DNA from: Octopus bimaculoides
Lineage: Eukaryota
Assembly: GCF_001194135.2 (NCBI RefSeq)
Contig: NC_068992.1
Location: 49,403,829 to 49,467,828 of the forward strand
Length of the DNA stretch: 64,000 bases
Reading direction: 5' to 3'
Shown here one piece after another: positions 49,809-61,006 of this stretch. The notes below the pieces were generated by a model. The model made no database searches. It worked only from the letters and a program-made list of their open reading frames with translations, and was not told where the DNA came from. A program made the translations under genes and the position numbers. The first letter of the stretch is position 1. Every line of letters starts with the position of its first letter.

Positions 49809-50859
49809 CATGCGTGTATGTATGCATGTATGTATGTGTTATACAAAAAAATGTACATACGTATGTATGCTTTTACATGCTTGTCGTTTAGTTCTTGAGA
49901 AAGAGCGTCGATTGAAAGGACTTAAAGAGAGAGAAGAATAGAAGTATAAAAGCGACATATCAGAAAGACAGAAAGGAAAATGTAAACGCTGCCAGTGAGA
50001 GAGAAAAAGGGGAGAGAGACAGAGAGAAAGAAAGAGGGAGAGAAAGTTAGAAAGAAAGGTAGGGTGAGAGGAGGAAACACACAGGCAAAAAAGTAGATAG
50101 ATTGACAAACTGAGAAAATGTAGCAAACACTAGTGCCAACGATATATTCTATCACGTGATCAAATGCGATTTATCACGTGACGAACAGAAAGGAAAACAA
50201 TACTAAAGTGTTAGATATGTTTTATGGAATGTATCATGTTTGCTAAAAGCAAATAAAGGATATGTATTGAGAAAGGAAAAGAAAACTGTGTCAATAAACC
50301 ACTCAACAGAGCTATGTAATGGCCCAGTAAAATAAGTTTACAAGTATATCAAATTCAGACATGTAACTCTGTGTACTACAGAAATGATGTTGAATTTCTC
50401 TGCCTTATACATAAAGACCTTGCCATCTTGTCTTGCGTTCTCAACTCAACATGGAGTTGTAGAGGTGCTGTCGTAATGTGCAGCGTAGTTTGGACCTTCT
50501 CCAGCCAATTTCTTTCAGAAGGAGAAACAGAGAGACACAAAGAAAGAAAAAAAAAGAAAGTAAAAAAAGAGAATAATTTATTTCTGTATAAGACCAGTAC
50601 TTTATTTATCGTCCTCTGCGATAGTTGAACTTAGAGTGCTAAGAGGCGAGAAAGATTACCACAGTAATCTACCCGACGATCTAACGACTTTGCCAGTTGA
50701 CCATCTTATGCATACATACATACATACATACATACATACATGCATACATACATACATACATACACACATACACACATACATACATACATGAGGATACATA
50801 TATAAAACAAAGCATACAAATCTGCACGTGCATTGACTCCAAATACTGCACATATACAT

Positions 50860-51565
50860 ACATGGTGGTTGTTTACTCCTTATGCAGTGTCTGTCCACCT
50901 CTTGTACCTACACCTTAGATCCATCATGGCGTCTGATGTGGCTTTTTAAACCAGACAATGTTTTGAAAAGACACCCACATATATTGCAAATCCGATTTGG
51001 ACCACCAAGAGCTGCTGTTAAGTTCTGATCTTTGTGGATCTTAAAATGTTTTTTGCAGACCTTATGGCATATATGGCATTGAAAAGTGTGCACAGATATA
51101 TATATATAGGAAGAATAATTAATAGAGGATAGTTTTTCATGGGTCCGCAAATGAGATTTGAGCCCAGTAAAAGAAAGGCATGGTCTGCCACAAACTATGC
51201 AAACGAAAAGGTCATTGTGGTTCAACTTCTCGATCGGAACATTCTTCTTTAAACCTCTCTTGAGTCTTGCATGCGTTATCCTGGCCTCTTCAAACGCTTT
51301 CGCTCCACTTCATACTTTTGTTCGCCATCCAGCTCGATCCGAAGCAAAGGTTTCTATGTCCTCTGGATCCATTCCAAGTGACTTCCCGGTAGTCCTTAAA
51401 CCTCTTTTTAGGTTTTTACCGATAGCGTTTCCCCTCTGCAAGCTCACCATAAAACAGCTGTTTGGGTGTGCGTTCATCCGCCATTCGAACAATATGGCCA
51501 GATCATCTCATTTGGTTTTTCAGAATCATTGCTTTAATTGAAGTGATTCCTGCAGATGCAAGGTC
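50860..51565 (-). mobile_element. RTE (BovB-like) LINE ORF2 C-terminus with three C2H2 zinc fingers, then the 3' end
   Basis: Frames: AGITSIKAMILKNQMR*SGHIVRM / ADGRMPKQLFYGELAEGKR..KPKKRFKD / GMDPEDIETFASDRAGWR, then ORF 50908-51225 with CIVCGRPCLSFTGLKSHLRTH, CHICHKVCK(del)KHFKIH and CNICGCLFKTLSGLKSHIRRH. A (GTAT)n-type tail follows. Confidence 0.8.
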
Positions 51566-52384
51566 ATGTGTGTTTGGAGTAAAAAAAAACACACCATTTA
51601 ATGTTTAAAATGCAAGGAAGGTATTTTTGGTGGAATTGTTCTAACAATTTGAAATGTCTTTCATAACTCCATGTTTCAGAAGAATACAACAGGGATGGTA
51701 AGACAAACGATTTGTATTTGCGCTGACCTTTGAATTCACAGATGTATTTCTGTGTTCAGATTTCCATCATTTCGTGCAGAGCTCCCAAGGTAGATGAAAG
51801 AATCAATAACCTCAAGTAACTTGCCCTTAACAAAAATGTTTATATATACATGTATGCAAACGTGTTTACGTACGTACACGCACACACAGACACAGGCACA
51901 AACACAGACATACTTATATAAGTGAAACTAACGACAAGGCAGTAAGTATAAAATTTGCAAGTTTTTCTCTTTAATACATTAAAGATTAAAAGATTACGAG
52001 GATTAAAAGTCATCTTTTTAATCCCTTAAAGACCACCCAGGGGTTTTAACGAAATAATTCTTTTGAACATGCCTAATGCTGTTCAAGGTTTGCTTTTATT
52101 ACCGTTATTGCTGCTGTTTTTGTTATTGTTGTTGTAGTTGTTATTGTGGTGGTGGTGGTGTAGTTGTTGTTGATGTTCTTTATACCAATCACGCAGTGCC
52201 AGTTTAAATCCGTAATCAGAGCACCAAACACTAATGTGCCGGTAAGCTTTACAATTGGAACTATAAACCTCGACAAAGTAACAGCACAAACCAATATTTA
52301 GTGAAACGTAAATGCAGATATCATATGCAAAATATTAAGTGCAAAATCACACTGGTCCAAATGTCCAAAGATCGGACAGATTGT

Positions 52385-52562
52385 GTTCGCATAATGGACT
52401 TCATCCCCACATGTTTGAGATGGGCTTCGGGCTCAATTTAGACGGCTATGACCCTGGTCAATTCCTGGCTGGAGACCCTGGTCAATTCCTGGCTGGAGAG
52501 GGTTGCTGATAAAAAGACATATGTGTGGCAGCAGGATTTGGCTCATTGCCATACGTCCAGAA
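52385..52562 (+). mobile_element. maT-like transposase fragment with a 24-bp in-frame tandem duplication
   Basis: PHMFEMGFGLNLDGY...SWLERVADKKTYVWQQDLAHCHTSR matches the same region as the 22975 element (WxxRV..PYVxQQDSAPxH). gaccctggtcaattcctggctgga occurs twice, at 52450-52497. Confidence 0.7.
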
Positions 52563-52617
52563 CATACACACATACATACATTCATGCATACTTACTTGCA
52601 TCTACATGTGTGTGTTA

Positions 52618-52847
52618 TTTCTTTACTACCCACAAGGGGCTACACACAGAGGGGACAAACAAGGACAGACAAACGGTTTAAATCGATTATATCGACCCCA
52701 GTGCGTAACTGGTACTTATTTAATCGACCCCGAAAGGATAAAAGGCAAAGTCGACCTCGGCGGAATTTGAACTCAGAACGTAGCGGGCAGACGAAATACC
52801 GCTAAGCATTTCGCCCGGTGTGCTAACGGTTCTGCCAGCTCGCCGCC
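52618..52847 (-). mobile_element. SINE family A, alternative-tail subfamily (well preserved)
   Basis: Same tail as 19817: tttctttactacccacaaggggctacacacagaggggacaaacaaggacagac. Intact head ggcggcgagctggcagaaccgttagcac. Confidence 0.92.
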
Positions 52848-53859
52848 ATTGTGTGTATGTGTGTGTATGCGTGCGTGCGTGTGTGCGTGTGTAATGCAAT
52901 TACAACAACGATGTAACTATATCAACGAGGTGAAGCCGTCGTGATTGCGCTGTCGCTGTTCTGGTGTTGGTGCTGAAGGTTGTAGTCGTAGGGGTGGGGA
53001 TGCAAATTTGGAAAAGAAGCATCAAAAGACGAAATGTGAAACTTCAAACTATCTTCTACATAATGTGTAACCAAGAACCTATGGTATCATTGACTAAGTA
53101 AACTACTGGCATATTACAAACGTAGAAAGCTGACAAGGTTGTTTTGCAAAAACCTTGAATAAATCTACTGCAACTTCAACGTAGACAGTACAGTAGTCAC
53201 TGGAAGAGGAACACCAGCAAAATATCAAGTTAAATTCTGCAGAAAGTCTGTATATAGAAGGGAAAAGTGAGGAGTTAAATAAGATTGTTTTGTGCATGGG
53301 GAAAACGAAAGCAGAAATACCGAAAAGGCACTGAACAACAGGTGGGCGTTATAAATGACATAGTAGCAAATTGTCGTTTAAAATCATCTAATTGCAAATG
53401 AGCACAATCCAGTTGTAAATTGCAAATAAGTGCAATCCAGTTGTAGTTGTGTGATATTCTGCGTCCAACTGAGCTGCTACGTTAGATATTTTTATTCTGA
53501 TAAAAAGTCATTTAAAAAATAACTTATGTGTGTAATTTGCTAAAAATTTTGCAGAAACGTGTTAATATGATTAGGCATCTGAAGTAGGGGTGTTCTCTGT
53601 ATGTGTTTTTGTTCTTTCGTTGTCTCTCTCTTGTTAACCATTGCTGTAGGTCCTAAGATGAGAAGCTCTACTTCTAATCCGAGTAATTTTATTGTTGCCT
53701 ATTTTTCATGCAGGAAGGAGTTTTGTATCAGGTTGAGTAAAAAGTAAGCAACGTTTTGAACCAGGAAGAATTTACACCGGATTTAAGTAGAGTTTTGAAT
53801 TTTTTTAAACATATTTTTGCAATTGTTTGATAGTAAAGACATAGACTGGCCAAAATGCA

Positions 53860-54325
53860 TCAATAAATTAACATTGATATTTTTTTCACCGTTGTTACAA
53901 TAATCTGAAATGGAACTGTCAAAGCGCGATATTCGAGCAATTTTGCTATTCAACTTCGAAAGCAGCTGAAACTGCTCGCAATATCAACGAAACGCTTGGT
54001 AAGGAAATGGCCAGTGAGTGGTCAGCTCGGATATGGTTTAAACGATTTCGCAGTGGAGACCTGAGCCTTGAAAATCGTGAGCATTGTGGATGCCCATCTG
54101 TCATCAATGACGGTCAATTAAAGACCGTCATTGAGAAAGATCCACGTAAAACCACTCAAGAACTAGCAAAAGAACTTCAAGGTAGCCAGAAAACTGCTTG
54201 CAACTATTTGCATGCGATCGGAAAATCAAAAAGCTCGACACATGGGTGCCAGATGATTTGAATGAAAATTAGAAAATGCGCAGATATGAAATTTACTCGT
54301 CGCTTCTTCTCCGTAACCAGAATAA
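53860..54325 (+). mobile_element. Mariner transposase N-terminal remnant
   Basis: MELSKRDIRAILLFNF / AAETARNINETLGKEMASEWSARIWFKRFRSGDLSLENREHCGCPSVINDGQLKTVIEKDPRKTTQELAKEL. ATG at 53910. Confidence 0.88.
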
Positions 54326-54592
54326 GACGATAAGTACTATATATAGTTGTTTAATTTTTCCATGCAATATGACGGGCATGTCGGTTAGATGTGCCCGTAG
54401 GACTGAGGCCTTACAGTGAACACCAGGCTGTTTTAATAAAACGTCAGAAATATAGATACGGAGAAATGTCACGGTGACCTAATCTGTATGAAATGCAGCT
54501 TGATGGGCAACAGGAAGATTAAACTTACTTCCATAAATGCAAACATACATGTGCATACGTACATATATAAAATCTACATTTACGTCATATAC

Positions 54593-55015
54593 ACTAGCAG
54601 AAAAGCCGGCCTCCGGGCAGTTTTCCTGGTACTCGCTAAATAATACTTACGCATGTAATTATCTAATTACCAATCTCTGTAATTTTTCTGTTACATCTAC
54701 TTTCCTTTTATATCCTTTATTCCTCACTTATTCTTAAAATATTTCTTTCATCATTTTATCAGTCTTAATCTCTTTCTTTTAAACAAACTCAAAGGTAGTT
54801 CATCCTCTACGTGGCCATTTATTACGCTAGAAATAGCTTATAATATGTTCTAGCAGAGATAAAATGCTAACGCCTGCCATTGTAATGGCCAGTACAATTT
54901 TAGACTGGTTATGTTAGTTTCTCATGCCTACGGAACTTTAAGTTGCATGGAACCGAATCAAACTATTATTAATCAATATGAATGTGCTAATATAATATAA
55001 CATAATATAGTGTAA
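54593..55015 (-). mobile_element. Possible non-autonomous Helitron remnant
   Basis: Minus-strand 3' end gcccggaggccggcttttctgCTAG|T, with a short GC hairpin. The 5' limit is guessed. Confidence 0.3.
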
Positions 55016-55067
55016 TATAATAACTTCATATATATGAAATAAATGTTTTCTTCTCAAGCTATGTCAG

Positions 55068-55250
55068 GCTCATTAGCGCCGATTACCTGGATTCAGTGGC
55101 AAATACATTCCCCAGCTGGTTGGGATGCCAATCCGTCGTAGGGTTACTTATTTTTGCCAGCTGAGTGGACTGGAGCAACCTGAAATGAAGTGCTTTGCTC
55201 TGGCAAAATTGAAAAAAAGCTAGTTGCCTTAATTTTGGGGCACCCTGTAC
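55068..55250 (-). mobile_element. SINE family B body fragment joined to a maT/Tc1-type TIR end
   Basis: ttttgccagctgagtggactggagcaacctgaaatgaagtgctttgctc is family B on the minus strand. It is followed by taattttggggcaccctg|TA, a CAGGGTGC-type TIR. Confidence 0.6.
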
Positions 55251-56032
55251 ATATATATANNNNNNNNNNNNNNNNNNNNNNNNNNNNNNNNNNNNNNNNN
55301 NNNNNNNNNNNNNNNNNNNNNNNNNNNNNNNNNNNNNNNNNNNNNNNNNNNNNNNNNNNNNNNNNNNNNNNNNNNNNNNNNNNNNNTATATAACGTTAGC
55401 ATCGCTAAATGGTTTACAATTTTCAGTGTACCATTTCATACGACTCGATGTTATTATTCTTTAGTTCCAACACTGTTTTGGATTTGTGTCTTTGGTTTTG
55501 ATTTTCATTTTACAACGTTATTAGATTTTTTTCTCTCTCTAGTTCTGCATATTCCAGGTTCTTATGATTAATATAATGCCGATGTGCGTTATATTTCTTC
55601 TCCCTTGATATACTGCTGCATTAAAAAGCCAACAACTTATTTTATCTTTTTGAGAAGAAACAATGTAAAACTGTAATTTCCAATCACCATTAAAAAGAAA
55701 AAATGTTTTTTTTCATCAGGACTCTTTTGATCTTTTGCGACATTTTGACGTAAGACCGAAAGACATGAGGTATGAATCATAAAACACTCTGAAGCAATGA
55801 GACTACCAGCAACATATTCAGCATCGGATTACGAACTGACATCAAATAAAGGAAACACGACGTAAATAACTGGTGCAGCGTTACCAAATACTTGTTGCAC
55901 TATAAATCTGGTTCAGCTTAGCGGGGTTTCATGTGTTTTGTGCTAAACATAAACTTTCTATATTAATAGTATTAATAGAAGTCATTTTTTATAGATAGTT
56001 TTGTAAATATTTAATAGCATTAGAATAAATAT

Positions 56033-56240
56033 AATTCTCTCTGCAATAGATACAAGGCCTGAAATTTTGGTAGAAGGGGGCTAGTCGATAACATCGACCC
56101 AGTGATTAACTGGAATTTAATTGATCGAATCCGAAAGGATGAAAGGCAAAGTCCACCTCGGCAGAATTGGAGCACAAAACATAAAGACGGACGGAATGCC
56201 ATCAAGCATTTTGTCCGGTGAGCTAACGATTCTGCCAGAA
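56033..56240 (-). mobile_element. SINE family A
   Basis: acaaggcctgaaatttt...gtcgataacatcgacccag...gaaaggatgaaaggcaaagtccacctcggc...ctaacgattctgccag. Confidence 0.85.
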
Positions 56241-56754
56241 TAAATATAAGGCTATATATTTTTTAATACAAAATCTAGGCTCTCTTAGTTAAAATTCCTT
56301 TGTGGTCAACTTTGTCCCTCGTTCTTTCGGTGTCGATAAATAAAAGTACCAATCTAGGGCAATGCTTCGGCGGAACTGTTAGCAAGTCGAGTTACATGTC
56401 TTCCGATATCTCTTCTGGCTCTTTTATTCTGACAGTAACACTAGTTTCAAGCTCTAACGGCCTAAGAACGGAAAACATAGAAAGTCGCCAACTCCTCTTC
56501 AGTTATCAGACAGAGGATCAAGCGCAATTTCGGCCATTATCGATAATATTGTTTCCACTCTGGAGGCACCAGGAAGAAACCTGCGGGGAATGGGACCAAA
56601 ATATAACAAAATAATAAACAGAATAAAGGTTTAAAGCCACACGAAGACAACAATTAAAATGATAATACATATACAGCAAAAAAAGTTNNNNNNNNNNTAG
56701 AGAGAGAGAGAGAGAGAGAGAGTGGGGGAATAGATAGATAGATAGATAGACATT

Positions 56755-57976
56755 TAATGATAATCTCTTGAAGTTCTGCAATGACGTGTATATCAGAATA
56801 ATATAGAAACATGGATTAAGGGTTGTATCCTCCCTTCCAGTCCCACCCTTAAAAAGGTAGACCTTGGTGTGGAAAAAGTCCATAGAGGAATAACTCTTAT
56901 AGCTATAACTGAAGAAATTTATAAATCTATGCTACTGACCCGCATGCATTAAGAAATCGAAAAGATATTGAGTAAAATACCAAAATGACTTTCGAAAGGG
57001 ACGATCAACTACCGGTCAAAATTCTTGCAAAATTCTTGAAAGTGTGAAAACTACAAAATCTATATGCTGTGATTTTTTCCCAAAGCCTTCTATTCGATTC
57101 ATAGAGATAAAATGGAAGAAATGCTACTAGCTTATATGCGAAATGAAATAGTGAAAACCATTGCGATGATCTACAAAAACACACATTTAGTGGTAAGATT
57201 TTCAGATGGCAATAGAGATTTCTTTGAAATCGTTGCAGGAGTGCTGCTAGGTGACACTTTAGCACTGTATACCTTCATCATTTTCTTGGAATACGTTCTC
57301 GGAACTTCTGTCGGTACCATTAAAAACAATAGATTCGCACTACATCCGCGGAGGAATAATAGATGTCATGCCACAAAAATCACGGATGCAAATTATGCAG
57401 ATGATACTGTCCGATCTGATAAATAAGTAGATACCTTTCTCCATTAATTTTGAACATTCAGCCAAAAGCATCGGTCTCCATGTTAAGTCAGACAAAATAG
57501 AATACATATGCTTTAATCATATCTGGTATACTTCCCAAATGCGTAGAATTTATTTACCTAATTTGTAAAATATCTTGCTGTGAAAGCGATGTAAACGCAT
57601 GCATTGGTAAGTCCAAGGTTACCGTCGACAAGTTATCTCTAGTGTGGAAATCTAGACTTCCAGACAATATAAAAAGGAGCCACCTTCAAGCAGCTGTTCT
57701 ATTGCATGGCTGCTTAGCATGGATCTTTACCTCTAAATTGGAAAGAAGGTTGGATAGAGTCTACACTCGCATGCTAACAGTGGCTTTGAATGTCACATGG
57801 AGAGATCGTCTGACCAATAAGTGATTGTATGGGAATCTTCGTCCAGTATCAAACATCATTAAAGAACGTAGAGTCAGATACGCAGATTCATTTCTGGAGA
57901 GCTAAAGACGAAATTGCCAGTGAAATTATTTTGTGAAAACCCACAAAAAGAAGGGAAAAGCTAGTAGGAGACGGCA

Positions 57977-57978
<2 letters not shown>
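56755..57978 (+). mobile_element. Decayed RTE-like LINE reverse transcriptase and C-terminus
   Basis: TWIKGCILP / KKVDLG...HRGITL, GVLLGDTLALYTFIIFLEYVL (RT motif GVxQGDxLxP), ITDANYADD (catalytic YADD), then RRLDRVYTRML..ALNVTW and LYGNLRPVSNIIKERRVRYAG. Many frameshifts and stops. Confidence 0.9.
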
Positions 57979-58016
<38 letters not shown>

Positions 58017-58128
58017 NNNNNNNNNNNNNNNNNNNNNNNNNNNNNNNNNNNNNNNNNNNNNNNNNNNNNNNNNNNNNNNNNNNNNNNNNNNNNNNNNNNN
58101 NNNNNNNNNNNNNNNNNNNNNNNNNNNN

Positions 58129-58167
<39 letters not shown>

Positions 58168-58479
58168 TGTATGTATACATACATATATGTATGTATGTAT
58201 GTTTGTATGTAAGTTTTCAGTATGTATACATACGTGCATTTGTAAATAAAGAAAAGAATGTAATTGTTTTTACGCTCGTGTGCGTTAGCGTTTATATATG
58301 CGTTTGTGCGCGAGTATATAAATATGTATTTGCATCAAACGAAAAGAAAATATTTGTAATATATTTCAGAAATTAATTAAGTTTCGACGAAAAGGGATTT
58401 GCGCTTCAAATTGACGTCAAATGTTTCTTAAAATACTCAGTTCCGTCTTGTAAATTAGGCCATCTTATTAATAGAATAT

Positions 58480-58702
58480 TCATACATCCAAACATTGTAA
58501 GATCGGATGTGTCTGTGTGTATGTGTTTGTATATGTCTATGTGTTTGTATATGTGTATGTGTTTGTGTGTGTGTATGTGTGTGTGCTATTTCTGTGTACA
58601 TAAAACTGAAAAGGACAGTGAGAAAGAGAAAGAAAGGAGCGAAACGGCCGTCGAAGGTGGAAAGAAACGTAACTTGAGTGTGAGCTTGATAGATAGACAG
58701 AC

Positions 58703-58772
<70 letters not shown>

Positions 58773-59000
58773 GAAAGAAAGAGAAGAAGAGACAGAAGGA
58801 GGAGAAGAGAGTGAGAGAGAGGAAGGGAGTAAGTCGTGGATGGGGAGAAAAAAGAGGGTGTGAGAGTGAGAGAGACAGAGAGTGGTTAAGGATAACACTG
58901 CAGATAGGGAAAGAAATAGAAGCTAGAGAAAGAGGATACAATGGGGAATATGGTACTGTGGAAAGAGAGAAAGGGGTAAGGAAAAAAGAAAAGAAAAGAA
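58480..59000. repeat. (TG)n / (GATA)n / purine-rich simple repeats
   Basis: Seen directly. It explains the LSIY, DR and ER ORFs. Confidence 0.9.
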
Positions 59001-59460
59001 AGGGAGTTGTACTGAAAGAAATAAAAAGATAGAAAAAGTGACAAACTGCTGTTGATAGATATGTGTATATGTGATTATAAATGCGGTGAGAGATTATGAG
59101 AAATACAGAAGAAATAGAGAAAAGAAGAGAAATCACTGCAAAGACTAATAAGGAAAATAACTATGCTGAGCAGACGACATATTGTAATTATGTGACGTAA
59201 TTGTAAGACCAGACGATATACCATGCTACACGTTACCAATAGATTTATATACTCGTAAGTACTTATGCTGTGGATGTCGTTTAGCCTGAGGTCATCCCAG
59301 GCTGAACAGCCGTTATTAATCCGAAGCTATTACATGCTAATTCAATTGGCAGGAATGTTATCTTGAAGTTTGGTGAAAAGTCTCCTCAGATCTCAAGAAT
59401 CTTTCTTGGGGTTCTTGCAGAAAACAGAATGGCGCTCATTATTATTGTTATTATTATTAT

Positions 59461-60016
59461 TGAGTGAGAGAGCAGTGCATGCCATCAAAGTGAAATTGGG
59501 GCAAAATATACGAAGCCCAGTATACTCATTATGACTATCCGTATAATAAGGGTACACTAGGCACATGCATCACAACCATATGTGCACGACATAGTGATCT
59601 CAGATCAAGATAAACAACGCATGACCTTGCAGATGGGGCCCAGATGGAATTTTCTTCAGATCGAGTAGCCTATCCCGTTCAAAGGAACCCTGAATAAGGG
59701 TTGTTTAAGGATGATGAACAAAACACCCATGTTTCCAAAGTTGAATTATTCAAACCCCAAAGAACTTCTCTCAACACATGGCTATGATGCTCCCCCACTA
59801 CTTCTGCTCGTGATCAGAGATGCACATATCGTCAGCCACCAAAGGACATGCTCGACTGGTTAAGGTCAAACAACTGACAAGCAAACCTGTGGTATTGAGC
59901 AGAATATTTGCTGTAGCCCATCTTTTATACCAAGACAAAAGAATGTACATGATAACACTTCTAATCAGTTAAGATCAGAAGCCATGAGAGTCACTGCCTG
60001 GTGCTGCATCAGGGCA
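59461..60016. mobile_element. Unclassified 556-bp interspersed element (solo-LTR-like or retroelement 3' end)
   Basis: A relatively GC-rich block between (ATT)n and (ATC)n tracts. It begins TG, ends CA, and has flanks attat / tttat. Single copy in the window, with no ORF. Confidence 0.45.
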
Positions 60017-60960
60017 TTTATCATCATCATCATCATCATCATCAACCAAAGTTTGAGGAATATATCAATAGTTTCCTGTTTTAAAACAAGAACTGGATAC
60101 TATTTGGAAATTTGCCTTAAAATGTTCATTGTTAACAAATGCTATGAAAGAATATCTAACAATATTCATATCTCGTAGTATTGCCATGTATTGAAACGTA
60201 CCTGAGGCCGCTCTTATGAGTAATCTGTCCGTGCCTTTAGAGAAATTTTTGTGTATCATTCCAAAATAATCAATTACAATCGATTTCCCTAATGTTTTTA
60301 ATCTAAAAATCGAAATTGCTAAAATAGCTTTCGTCTATTAACCTACACGGCATCCAATCATATATTTCTGTGGCTTAAATACAAGAAATAGATCAGTCAG
60401 ACAATCGAATGATCGCTCAGTCAATCAGTTAACTCAGTTAATCAATAAGGTATATTTTCATATGTCCCAGATTTTAGTTTCAGAAATATCTCTAGGATAG
60501 GTAGGAAGGACACTTCATGGAAATAGTCCTACAGTTTGGTGGGGAAATCTTGGTGAGTGATGATTTTGTGAATAAGAACTACGCAGGATTTCCTTAAGAT
60601 AAATATAGACTGCAGTGGAGTGGCTTCCTTTTACCAAGTTTTCAGGTCTCTTAGTAGAATTTGATCTTGAGATACGAGAACCATTTGCCGTCACAACAGG
60701 AAGAATGTTCTTTATATAAACAAGACTTTCTTTATCATCGTCATTGCAAGTAATAGATTTTTTTAAAGAGGAAAATAAAATAATAAACTGGGGTTAATGT
60801 GGTAGCTTACTTACACACACACACACGCACGCACACACACACACACACACTCTCATACACACACGCACACACACATAATCATATATGATATATGTGTGTA
60901 TACATACATGCATATATCAATATCTGTTTATCTACCTTTATATGTGTGTACATGCATATA

Positions 60961-61006
<46 letters not shown>

